From: Eledone cirrhosa
Lineage: Eukaryota
Assembly: GCA_964016885.1 (NCBI GenBank)
Contig: OZ024743.1
Span: forward strand, 142,662,001-142,726,000
DNA: 64,000 nucleotides
Direction of reading: 5' to 3'
How positions within the stretch are numbered: position 1 is the stretch's first letter; each line of letters begins with the position of its first letter. The position numbers were made by a program, and so were the translations under genes. Positions 46,800-61,400 of this stretch are shown here, in pieces. The notes under the pieces are model-generated. The model saw nothing but the letters and a program-made list of their open reading frames with translations. It did no database searches and was not told where the DNA came from.

Positions 46800-49700
46800 A
46801 GGCACCAAGCACCAAGCACCAACTACCAAGCCCCAAGCAGAAGCACCAAACACCAAGCACCAAGCACCAACCACCAAGCCCCAAGCACCAAGCACCAAAC
46901 ACCAAACACCAAGCACCAAGCACCAAACACCAAACACCAAGCACCAAACACCAAACACCAAGCACCAAGGACCCAACATCAAACACCAAGCACCAAGCAC
47001 CAAACACCAAACACCAAGCCCCAAGCACCAAGCACCAAGCACCGAACACCAAGCCCCAAACACCAAGCACCAAACACCAAGCACCAAACACCAAGCACCA
47101 AACACCAAACACTAAGTCCCACGCACCAAGCACCAAACACCAAACAGCAAGCACCAAGCACCAAACACCAAGCACGAAGCACCAAGCCCCTAGCACCAAA
47201 CACCAAACACCAAGCACCAAGCACAAAACACCAAGCACCAATCACCAAGCACCAAACACCAAGCACCAAGGACCAAACATCAAACACCAAGCACCAAGCA
47301 CCAAACACCTAACACCAAGCACCAAGCACCAAGCACCAAGCACCAAACACCAAGCACCAAACACCAAGCACCAAGCACCAAAGACCAAGCACCAAGCACC
47401 AAGCACCAAGCACCAATCACCAAACACCAAGCACCAAGCACCAAACACCAAACCCCAAGCACCAAACATCAAACCGCAAGCACCAAGCACCAAACACTAA
47501 TCACCAAGCACCAAGCACCAAACAACAAGCACCAAGCACCAAGCACCAGGCACCAAGCACCAAGCACCAAACACAAAACACCAAGCACCAAGCACCAAGC
47601 AGCAAACACCAAGCATCAAACACCAAACACCAAACACCAAGCACCAAACACCAAGCACCAAGCACCAAACACCAAGCAACAAGCACCAAACACCAAACAC
47701 CAAACACCAAGCACCAAGAACCAAACACCAAACACCAAACAGCAAGCACCAAGCACCAAACACCAAGCACCAAACAGCAAACCCCAAGCACCAATCACCA
47801 AACACTAGTCACCAAGCACCAAGCACCAAACACCAAGCACCAAGCAGCAATCAACAAACACCAAGCACCAAGCACCAACAACCAAGCACCAAACACCAAG
47901 CACCAAGCACCAAACACCAAAACCCAAGCACCAAAGACCAAGCACCAAGCACCAAGGACCAAACACCAAGCACCAAGCACCAAGCACCAAACACCAAGCA
48001 CCAAGCACCAAACACCCAGCACCAAGCACCAAGCACCAAACACCAAGCACCAAGCACCAAACACCAAACACCAAACACCAAGCACCAAGCACCAAACACC
48101 AAACACCAAACACCAAACAGCAAACAGCAAACGCCAAACACCAAACACCAAGCACCAAGCACCAAACACCAAGCACCAAGCACCAAACACCAAGCACCAA
48201 GCACCAAGCACCAAACACCAAGCACCAAGCACCAAACACCAAACCCCAAGCACCAAACACCAAACCGCAAGCACCAAGCACCAAACACTAATCACCAAGC
48301 ACCAAGCACCAAACAACAAGCACCAAGCACCAAGCACCAGGCACCAAGCACCAAGCACCAAACACCAAGCACCAAGCACCAAGCCCCTAGCACCAAACAC
48401 CAAGCAGCAAGCAGCCAGCAGCAAACACCAAGCATCAAACACCAAACACCAAACACCAAGCACCAAACACCAAGCACCATGCACCAAACACCAAACACCA
48501 AGCACCAAACACCAAACATCAAGCACCTAACACCAGATACCAAGCACCAAGCACCAAGCACCAAACACCAAACACCAAGCACCAAGCGCCAAACACCAAA
48601 CAACAAGCACCAGGCACCAAGCTCCAAACACCAAACACCAAGCACCAAGCACCAAACACCAAGCACGCAGCATCAAACACCAAACACAAAACACCAAGCA
48701 CCAAGCACCAAGCAGCAAACACCAAGCATCAAACACCAAACACCAAACACCAAACACCAAGCACCAAACACCAAGCACCAAGCACCAAACACCAAACACC
48801 AAGCACCAAACACCAAACATCAAGCACCAAACACCAGATACCAAGCACCAAGCACCAAGCACCAAACACCAAACACCAAGCACCAAGCGCCAAACACCAA
48901 ACAACAAGCACCAGGCACCAAGCTCCAAACACCAAACACCAAGCACCAAGCACCAAACACCAAACACCAAGCACGCAGCATCAAACACCAAGCACCAAAC
49001 ACCAAGCACCAAGCACCAAGCACCAAACACCAACCACCAAGCACCAAGCACACAACACCAAACACCAAGCACCAAGGACCAAACATCAAACACCAAGCAC
49101 CAAGCACCAAACACCAAACACCAAGCACCAAGCACCAAGCACCAAGCACCAACTACCAAGCCCCAAGCAGAAGCACCAAACACCAAGCACCAAGCACCAA
49201 CCACCAAGCCCCAAGCACCAAGCACCAAACACCAAACACCAAGCACCAAGCACCAAACACCAAACACCAAGCACCAAACACCAAACACCAAGCACCAAGG
49301 ACCCAACATCAAACACCAAGCACCAAGCACCAAACACCAAACACCAAGCCCCAAGCACCAAGCACCAAGCACCGAACACCAAGCCCCAAACACCAAGCAC
49401 CAAACACCAAGCACCAAACACCAAGCACCAAACACCAAACACTAAGTCCCATGCACCAAGCACCAAACACCAAACAGCAAGCACCAAGCACCAAACACCA
49501 AGCACGAAGCACCAAGCCCCTAGCACCAAACACCAAACACCAAGCACCAAGCACAAAACACCAAGCACCAATCACCAAGCACCAAACACCAAGCACCAAG
49601 GACCAAACATCAAACACCAAGCACCAAGCACCAAACACCTAACACCAAGCACCAAGCACCAAGCACCAAGCACCAAACACCAAGCACCAAACACCAAGCA

Positions 49701-51400
49701 CCAAGCACCAAAGACCAAGCACCAAGCACCAAGCACCAAGCACCAATCACCAAACACCAAGCACCAAGCACCAAACACCAAACCCCAAGCACCAAACATC
49801 AAACCGCAAGCACCAAGCACCAAACACTAATCACCAAGCACCAAGCACCAAACAACAAGCACCAAGCACCAAGCACCAGGCACCAAGCACCAAGCACCAA
49901 ACACAAAACACCAAGCACCAAGCACCAAGCAGCAAACACCAAGCATCAAACACCAAACACCAAACACCAAGCACCAAACACCAAGCACCAAGCACCAAAC
50001 ACCAAGCAACAAGCACCAAACACCAAACACCAAACACCAAGCACCATGAACCAAACACCAAACACCAAACAGCAAGCACCAAGCACCAAACACCAAGCAC
50101 CAAACAGCAAACCCCAAGCACCAATCACCAAACACTAGTCACCAAGCACCAAGCACCAAACACCAAGCACCAAGCAGCAATCAACAAACACCAAGCACCA
50201 AGCACCAACAACCAAGCACCAAACACCAAGCACCAAGCACCAAACACCAAAACCCAAGCACCAAAGACCAAGCACCAAGCACCAAGGACCAAACACCAAG
50301 CACCAAGCACCAAGCACCAAACACCAAGCACCAAGCACCAAACACCCAGCACCAAGCACCAAGCACCAAACACCAAGCACCAAGCACCAAACACCAAACA
50401 CCAAACACCAAACAGCAAACAGCAAACGCCAAACACCAAACACCAAGCACCAAGCACCAAACACCAAGCACCAAGCACCAAACACCAAGCACCAAGCACC
50501 AAGCACCAAACACCAAGCACCAAGCACCAAACACCAAACCCCAAGCACCAAACACCAAACCGCAAGCACCAAGCACCAAACACTAATCACCAAGCACCAA
50601 GCACCAAACAACAAGCACCAAGCACCAAGCACCAGGCACCAAGCACCAAACACCAAGCACCAAGCACCAAGCCCCTAGCACCAAACACCAAGCAGCAAGC
50701 AGCCAGCAGCAAACACCAAGCATCAAACACCAAACACCAAACACCAAGCACCAAACACCAAGCACCATGCACCAAACACCAAACACCAAGCACCAAACAC
50801 CAAACATCAAGCACCTAACACCAGATACCAAGCACCAAGCACCAAGCACCAAACACCAAACACCAAGCACCAAGCGCCAAACACCAAACAACAAGCACCA
50901 GGCACCAAGCTCCAAACACCAAACACCAAGCACCAAGCACCAAACACCAAACACCAAGCACGCAGCATCAAACACCAAACACAAAACACCAAGCACCAAG
51001 CACCAAGCAGCAAACACCAAGTATCAAACACCAAACACCAAACACCAAACACCAAGCACCAGACACCAAGCACCAAGCACCAAACACCAAACACCAAGCA
51101 CCAAACACCAAACATCAAGCACCAAACACCAGATACCAAGCACCAAGCACCAAGCACCAAACACCAAACACCAAGCACCAAGCGCCAAACACCAAACAAC
51201 AAGCACCAGGCACCAAGCTCCAAACACCAAACACCAAGCACCAAGCACCAAACACCAAACACCAAGCACGCAGCATCAAACACCAAGCACCAAACACCAA
51301 GCACCAAGCACCAAGCACCAAACACCAACCACCAAGCACCAAGCACACAACACCAAACACCAAGCACCAAGGACCAAACATCAAACACCAAGCACCAAGC
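46800..51400. repeat. Tandem duplication, unit ~2330 bp
   Basis: ccccaagcagaag 46831/49161, cactaat 47495/49825, cactagt 47803/50133, and identical ORFs 47242../49572... Confidence 0.9.
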
Positions 51401-54240
51401 ACCAAACACCAAACACCAAGCACCAAGCACCAAGCACCAAGCACCGAACACCAAGTACCAAACACCAAACACCAAACACCAAGCATCAAACACCAAACAC
51501 CAAGCACCAGGCACCAAGCACCAAACACCAAGCACCAAACACCAAGCACCAAGCACCAAACACTAATCACCAAGCACCAAGCACCAAACAACAAGCACCA
51601 AGCACCAAGCACCAGTCACCAAGCACCAAGCACCAAACACAAAACACCAAGCACCAAGCACCACACACCAAGCATCAAACACCAAACACCAAATACCAAG
51701 CACCAAACACCAAACACCAAGCACTAAGCACCAAGCACCAAACTCCATGCACCCAGCACCAAACACCAAACACCAAGCACCAAGCACCAAACACCAAACA
51801 CCAAGCACCAAGCACCAAGCACCAAACACCAAACACCAAGCACCAAACACCAGACACCAAGCAGCAAACACCAAACACCAAGCACCAAGCACCAAACACC
51901 ATACAACAAGCACCAGGCACCAAGCACCAAACACCAAACACCAAGCACGAAGCACCAAACACCAAGCACCAAGCACCAAACGCCAAACACCAAGCACCAA
52001 GCACCAAGCACCAAACACCAAACACCAAACACCAAACAGCAAACACCAAACACCAAACAGCAAAAACCAAATACGAAACAGCAAACACCATACAGCAAAC
52101 ACCAAACACCAAACACCAAACACCAAACACCAAGCACCAAGCAACAACCACCAAACCCCAAGCACCAAGCAACAAACACTAATCACCAAGCACCAAGCAC
52201 CAAACATCAAGCACCAAGCACCAATCACGAAGCAGCAAGCACCAAGCGCCAAACACCAAACACCATGCACCAAAGACCAAGCACCAAGCACCAAGTACCA
52301 AACAACAAGCACCAAGCACCAAGCACCAAACACCAAGCACCAAGCACCAAACACCAACCACCCAGCACCAAGCACCAAGCACCATACACCAAGCACCAAA
52401 CACGAAACACCAAACACCAGGCACCAAGCACCAAGCACCAACTACCAAGCCCCAAGCAGAAGCACCAAACACCAAGCACCAAGCACCAAACACCAAGCCC
52501 CAAGCACCAAGCACCAAACACCAAACACCAAGCACCAAGCACCAAACACCAAACACCAAGCACCAAGCGCCAAACACCAAACAACAAGCACCAGGCACCA
52601 AGCTCCAAACACCAAACACCAAGCACCAAGCACCAAACACCAAACACCAAGCACGCAGCATCAAACACCAAACACAAAACACCAAGCACCAAGCACCAAG
52701 CAGCAAACACCAAGCATCAAACACCAAACACCAAACACCAAACACCAAGCACCAGACACCAAGCACCAAGCACCAAACACCAAACACCAAGCACCAAACA
52801 CCAAACATCAAGCACCAAACACCAGATACCAAGCACCAAGCACCAAGCACCAAACACCAAACACCAAGCACCAAGCGCCAAACACCAAACAACAAGCACC
52901 AGGCACCAAGCTCCAAACACCAAACACCAAGCACCAAGCACCAAACACCAAACACCAAGCACGCAGCATCAAACACCAAGCACCAAACACCAAGCACCAA
53001 GCACCAAGCACCAAACACCAACCACCAAGCACCAAGCACACAACACCAAACACCAAGCACCAAGGACCAAACATCAAACACCAAGCACCAAGCACCAAAC
53101 ACCAAACACCAAGCACCAAGCACCAAGCACCAAGCACCGAACACCAAGTACCAAACACCAAACACCAAACACCAAGCATCAAACACCAAACACCAAGCAC
53201 CAGGCACCAAGCACCAAACACCAAGCACCAAACACCAAGCACCAAGCACCAAACACTAATCACCAAGCACCAAGCACCAAACAACAAGCACCAAGCACCA
53301 AGCACCAGTCACCAAGCACCAAGCACCAAACACAAAACACCAAGCACCAAGCACCACACACCAAGCATCAAACACCAAACACCAAATACCAAGCACCAAA
53401 CACCAAACACCAAGCACTAAGCACCAAGCACCAAACTCCATGCACCCAGCACCAAACACCAAACACCAAGCACCAAGCACCAAACACCAAACACCAAGCA
53501 CCAAGCACCAAGCACCAAACACCAAACACCAAGCACCAAACACCAGACACCAAGCAGCAAACACCAAACACCAAGCACCAAGCACCAAACACCATACAAC
53601 AAGCACCAGGCACCAAGCACCAAACACCAAACACCAAGCACGAAGCACCAAACACCAAGCACCAAGCACCAAACGCCAAACACCAAGCACCAAGCACCAA
53701 GCACCAAACACCAAACACCAAACACCAAACAGCAAACACCAAACACCAAACAGCAAAAACCAAATACGAAACAGCAAACACCATACAGCAAACACCAAAC
53801 ACCAAACACCAAACACCAAACACCAAGCACCAAGCAACAACCACCAAACCCCAAGCACCAAGCAACAAACACTAATCACCAAGCACCAAGCACCAAACAT
53901 CAAGCACCAAGCACCAATCACGAAGCAGCAAGCACCAAGCGCCAAACACCAAACACCATGCACCAAAGACCAAGCACCAAGCACCAAGCACCAAACAACA
54001 AGCACCAAGCACCAAGCACCAAACACCAAGCACCAAGCACCAAACACCAACCACCCAGCACCAAGCACCAAGCACCATACACCAAGCACCAAACACGAAA
54101 CACCAAACACCAGGCACCAAGCACCAAGCACCAACTACCAAGCCCCAAGCAGAAGCACCAAACACCAGGCACCAAGCACCAAACACCAAGCCCCAAGCAC
54201 CAAGCACCAAACACCAAACACCAAGCACCAAGCACCAAAC
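50840..54240. repeat. Tandem duplication, unit 1693 bp (242 monomers minus 1 bp)
   Basis: cactaat 51561/53254 and 52177/53870, and identical or near-identical ORFs 51563../53256.., 51675../53368.. and 51724../53417... Each unit carries one 6-bp monomer (cagaag). Confidence 0.92.
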
Positions 54241-55429
54241 ACCAAACACCAAACACCAAACACCAAACACCAAGCACCAAGGACCCAACATCAAACACCA
54301 AGCACCAAGCACCAAACACCAAACACCAAGCCCCAAGCACCAAGCACCAAGCACTGAACACCAAGCCCCAAACACCAAGCACCAAACACCAAGCACCAAA
54401 CACCAAGCACCAAACACCAAGCACCAAGCACCAAGCCCCTAGCACCAAACACCAAACACCAAGCACCAAGCACAAAACACCAAGCAGCAAGCAGCAAGCA
54501 CCAAACACCAAACACCAAGCACCAAGCAACAAACACCAAACACCAAGCACCAAGGACCAAACATCAAACACCAAGCACCAAGCACCAAGCACCAAACACC
54601 AAGCACCAAGCACCAAGCACCAAACACCAATACCAAGCACCAAGCACCAGCCACCAAGCACCAAGCACCAAACACCAAACACCAAGCACTAAGCACCAAA
54701 CAACAAGCACCAGGCACCAAGCACCAAACACCAAACACCAAGCACGCAGCACCAAACACCAAGCACCAAGCACCAAACACCCAGCACCAAGCACCAAGCA
54801 CCAAACACCAAGCACCAAGCACCAAGCACCGAACACCAAACACCAAACACCAAACACCAAACAGCAAGCACCAAGCACCAAACACCAAGCACCAAACAGC
54901 AAACCCCAAGCACCAATCACCAAACACTAATCACCAAGCACCAAGCACCAAACACCAAGCACCAAGCATCAATCACCAAACACCAAGCACCAAGCACCAA
55001 GAACCAAGCACCAAACACCAAGCACCAAGCACCAAACACCACAACCCAAGCACCAAAGACCAAGCACCAAGCACCAAGGACCAAACACCAAGCACCAAGC
55101 ACCAAGCACCAAACACCAAGCACCAAGCACCAAACACCCAGCACAAAGCACCAAGCACCAAACACCAAGCACCAAGCACCAAGGACCGAACACCAAACAC
55201 CAAGCACCAAGCACCAAACAGCAAGCACCAAATACCAAAAACCAAACAGCAAACACCAAACAGCAAACACCAAACAGCAAACAGCAAACGCCAAACACCA
55301 AACACCAAGCACCAAGCACCAAACACCAAGCACCAAACACCAAGCACCAAGCACCAAGCACCAAACACCAAGCACCAAGCACCAAACACCAAACCCCAAG
55401 CACCAAACACCAAACCGCAAGCACCAAGC

Positions 55430-58400
55430 ACCAAACACTAATCACCAAGCACCAAGCACCAAACAACAAGCACCAAGCACCAAGCACCAGGCACCAAGCA
55501 CCAAGCACCAAACACCAAGCACCAAGCACCAAGCCCCTAGCACCAAACACCAAGCAGCAAGCAGCAAGCAGCAAACACCAAGCATCAAACACCAAACACC
55601 AAACACCAAGCACCAAACACCAAGCACCAAGCACCAAACACCAAACACCAAGCACCAAACACCAAACACCAAGCACCAAGCGCCAAACACCAAACAACAA
55701 GCACCAGGCACCAAGCTCCAAACACCAAACACCAAGCACCAAGCACCAAACACCAAACACCAAGCACGCAGCATCAAACACCAAACACAAAACACCAAGC
55801 ACCAAGCACCAAGCAGCAAACACCAAGCATCAAACACCAAACACCAAACACCAAGCACCAAACACCAAGCCCCAAGCACCAAACACCAAACACCAAGCAC
55901 CAAACACCAAACATCAAGCACCAAACACCAGATACCAAGCAGCAAGCACCATGCACCAAACACCAAACACCAAGCACCAAGCGCCAAACACCAAACAACA
56001 AGCACCAGGCACCAAGCTCCAAACACCAAACACCAAGCACCAAGCACCAAACACCAAACACCAAGCACGCAGCATCAAACACCAAGCACCAAACACCAAG
56101 CACCAAGCACCAAGCACCAAGTACCAAACACCAAACACCAAGCACCAAACACCAAACACCAAGCACCAAGCACCAAGCACGAAACACCAGGCACCAAGCA
56201 CCAAGCACCGAACTCCAAACACCAAGCACCAAACACCAGCCACCAAGCACCAAGCACCAAACACCAAACACCAAGCACTAAGCACCAAAGATCAAACAAC
56301 AAGCACCAGGCACCAAGCACCAAACACCAAACACCAAGCCAGCAGCACCAAACACCAAGCACCAAGCACCAAGCACCAAACACCAAGCACCAAGCACCAA
56401 GCACCAAACACCAAACACCAAACACCAAGCACCAAGAACCAAACACCAAACACCAAACAGCAAGCACCAAGCACCAAACACCAAGCCCCAAACACCAAAC
56501 CCCAAGCACCAATCACCAAACACTAATCACCAAGCACCAAGCACCAAACACCAAGCACCAAGCAGCAAGCACCAAACACCAAGCACCAAGCACCAAGCAC
56601 CAAGCACCAAACACCAAACACCAAGCACCAAACACCAAAACCCAAGCACCAAACACCAAGCACCAAGCACCAAGGACCAAACACCAAGCACCAAGCACCA
56701 AGCACCAAACACCAAGCACCAAGCACCAAACACCCAGCACCAAGCACCAAGCACCAAACACCAAGCACCAAACACCAAACACCAAGCACCAAGCACCAAA
56801 CAGCAAGCACCAAACACCAAACACCAAACAGCAAACACCAAACAGCAAACACCAAACACCAAACAACAAACAGCAAACGCCAAACACCAAGCACCAAGCA
56901 CCAAACACCAAGCACCAAGCACCAAGCACACAACACCAAACACCAAGCACCAAGGACCAAACATCAAACACCAAGCACCAAGCACCAAGCACCAAACACC
57001 AAACACCAAGCACCAAGCACCAAGCACCGAACACCAAGTACCAAACACCAAGCACCAAACAACCAAGCACCAAACACCAAACACCAAGGACCAGGCACCA
57101 AGCACCAAACACCAAGCACCAAACACCAAGCACCAAACACCAAGCCCCTAGCACCAAACACCAAGCAGCAAGCAGCAAGCACCAAACACCAAACACCAAG
57201 CACCAAGCACCAAATACCAAACACCAAGCACCAAGGACCAAACATCAAACACCAAGCACCAAGCACCAAACGCCTAACACCAAGCACCAAGCACCATGCA
57301 CCAAGCACCAAACACCAAGCACCAATCACCAAACACCAAACACCAAGCACCAAACACCAAGCACCAGGCACCAAACACCAAACACCAAGCACCAAGCACC
57401 AAACACCAAGCACCAAACTCCAAACACAAAACACCAAGCACCAAGCAGCAAGCACCAAACACCAAACACCAAGCACCAAGCACCAAACACCAAACACCAA
57501 GCACCAAGAACCTAACATCAAACACCAATCACCAAGCACCAAACACCTAACACCAAGCACCAAGCACCAAGCACCAAGCACCAAACACCAAGCACCAAAC
57601 ACAAAGCACCAAGCACCAAACACCAAGCACCAAGCACCAAACACCATGCACCAAGCACCAAACACCAAACCCCAAGCACCAAACACCAAACCCCAAGCAC
57701 CAAGCACCAAACACTAATCACCAAGCACCAAGCACCAAACAACAAGCACCAAGCACCAAGCACCAGGCACCAAGCACCAAGCACCAAACACTAATCACCA
57801 AGCACCAAGCACCAAGCACCAAACACCAAGCACCAAGCACCAAGCGCCAAACACCAAGCACCAAGCACCAAACACCAAACACCAAGCACCAAAGACCAAG
57901 CACCAAGCACCAAGCACCAAACACCAAACCGCAAGCACCAAGCACCAAACACTAATCACCAAGCACCAAGCACCAAACAACAAGCACCAAACACCATACA
58001 CCAAACACCAAGCCCCAAGCACCAAGCACCAAACACCAAACACCAAGCACCAAGCACCAAACACCAAGCACAAAACACCAAGCACCAAACACCAAACACT
58101 AAGTCCCACGCACCAAGCACCAAACACCAAACAGCAAGCACCAAGCACCAAACATCAAGCAGCAAGCAGCAAGCACCAAACACCAAACACCAAGCACCAA
58201 GCACCAAACACCAAACAACAAGCACCAAGGACCAAACATCAAACACCAAGCACCAAGCACCAAACACCTAACACCAAGCACCAAGAACCAAGCACCAAAC
58301 ACCAAGCACCAAACACCAAGCACCAAACACCAAATACCAAGCACCAAGCACCAAGCACGAAACACCAGACACCAAGCACCAAGCACCAAACTCCAAACAC

Positions 58401-61400
58401 CAAGCACCAAGCACCAGCCACCAAGCACCAAACACCAAACACCAAGGACTAAGCACCAAACACCAAACAACAAGCCCCAGGCACCAAGCACCAAACACCA
58501 AACACCAAGCACGCAGCACCGAACACCAAACACCAAGCACCAAGCACCAAGCACCAAACACCAAGCACCAAGCACCAAACACCAAAACCCAAGCACCAAA
58601 GACCAAGCACCAAGCACCAAGGACCAAACACCAAGCACCAAGCACCAAGCACCAAACACCAAGCACCAAGCACCAAACACCCAGCACCAAGCACCAAGCA
58701 CCAAACACCAAGCACCAAACACCAAACACCAAGCACCAAGCACCAAACAGCAAGCACCAAACACCAAACACCAAACAGCAAACACCAAACAGCAAACACC
58801 AACCACCAAACAGCAAACAGCAAACGCCAAACACCAAGCACCAAGCACCAAGCACCAAACACCAAGCACCAAGCACCAAGCACACAACACCAAACACCAA
58901 GCACCAAGGACCAAACATCAAACACCAAGCACCAAGCACCAAACACCAAACACCAAGCACCAAGCAACAAGCACCGAACACCAAGCACCAAACAACAAGC
59001 ACAAAACACCAAGCACCAAACACCAAACACCAAGCACCAGGCACCAAGCACCAAACACCAAGCACCAAACACCAAGCACCAAACACCAAGTCCCACGCAC
59101 CAAGCACCAAACACCAAACACCAAGCACCAAGCACCAAACACGAAACACCAAGCACCAAGCCCCTAGCACCAAACACCAAGCAGCAAGCAGCAAGCACCA
59201 AACACCAAACACCAAGCACCAAGCACAAAATACCAAACACCAAGCACAATGGACCAAACATCAAACACCAAGCACCAAGGACCAAACGCCTAACACCAAG
59301 CACCAAGCACCAAGCACCAAGCACCAAACACCAAGCACCAATCACCAAACACCAAACACCAAGCACCGAACACCAAGCACCAGGCACCAAACACCAAACA
59401 CCAAGCACCAAGCACCAAACACCAAACACCAAGACCGAAGCACCAAACACCAAGCACCAAAATCCTAACACAAAACACCAAGCACCAAGCACCAAGCACC
59501 AAACACCAAACACCAAGCACCAAGCACCAAACACCAAACACCAAGCACCAAGAACCTAACATCAAACACCAATCATCAAGCACCAAACACCTAACACCAA
59601 GCACCAAGCACCAAGCACCAAGCACCAAACACCAAGCACCAAACACAAAGCACCAAGCACCAAACACCAAGCACCAAGCACCAAACACCAAGCACCAAGC
59701 ACCAAACACTAATCACCAAGCACCAAGCACCAAACACCAAGCACCAAGCACCAAGCACCAAACACCAAGCACCAAACCCCAAGCACCAAACACCAAACCG
59801 CAAGCACCAAGCACCAAACACTAATCACCAAGCACCAAGCACCAAACAACAAGCACCAAGCACCAAGCACCAGGCACCAAGCACCAAGCACCAAACACCA
59901 AGCACCAAGCACCAAGCCCCTAGCACCAAACACCAAGCAGCAAGCAGCAAGCAGCAAACACCAAGCATCAAACACCAAACACCAAACACCAAGCACCAAA
60001 CACCAAGCACCAAGCACCAAACACCAAACACCAAGCACCAAACACCAAACATCAAGCACCAAACACCAGATACCAAGCACCAAGCACCAAGCACCAAACA
60101 CCAAACACCAAGCACCAAGCGCCAAACACCAAACAACAAGCACCAGGCACCAAGCTCCAAACACCAAACACCAAGCACCAAGCACCAAACACCAAACACC
60201 AAGCACGCAGCATCAAACACCAAACACAAAACACCAAGCACCAAGCACCAAGCAGCAAACACCAAGCATCAAACACCAAACACCAAACACCAAGCACCAA
60301 ACACCAAGCACCAAGCACCAAACACCAAACACCAAGCACCAAACACCAAACATCAAGCACCAAACACCAGATACCAAGCACCAAGCACCATGCACCAAAC
60401 ACCAAACACCAAGCACCAAGCGCCAAACACCAAACAACAAGCACCAGGCACCAAGCTCCAAACACCAAACACCAAGCACCAAGCACCAAACACCAAACAC
60501 CAAGCACGCAGCATCAAACACCAAGCACCAAACACCAAGCACCAAGCACCAAGCACCAAGTACCAAACACCAAACACCAAGCACCAAACACCAAACACCA
60601 AGCACCAAGCACCAAGCACGAAACACCAGGCACCAAGCACCAAGCACCGAACTCCAAACACCAAGCACCAAACACCAGCCACCAAGCACCAAGCACCAAA
60701 CACCAAACACCAAGCACTAAGCACCAAACACCAAACAACAAGCACCAGGCACCAAGCACCAAACACCAAACACCAAGCCCGCAGCACCAAACACCAAGCA
60801 CCAAGCACCAAGCACCAAACACCAAGCACCAAGCACCAAGCCCCAAACACCAAACACCAAACACCAAGCACCAAGAACCAAACACCAAACACCAAACAGC
60901 AAGCACCAAGCACCAAACGCCAAGCCCCAAACACCAAACCCCAAGCACCAATCACCAAACACTAATCACCAAGCACCAAGCACCAAACACCAAGCACCAA
61001 GCAGCAAGCACCAAACACCAAGCACCAAGCACCAAGCACCAAGCACCAAACACCAAGCACCAAGCACCAAACACCAAAACCCAAGCACCAAACACCCAGC
61101 ACCAAGCACCAAGGACCAAACACCAAGCACCAAGCACCAAGCACCAAACACCAAGCACCAAGCACCAAACACCCAACACCAAGCACCAAGCACCAAACAC
61201 CAAGCACCAAACACCAAACACCAAGCACCAAGCACCAAACAGCAAGCACCAAACACCAAACACCAAACAGCAAACACCAAACAGCAAACACCAAACACCA
61301 AACAGCAAACAGCAAACGCCAAACACCAAGCACCAAGCACCAAGCACCAAACATCAAGCACCAAGCACCAAGCACACAACACCAAACACCAAGCACCAAG

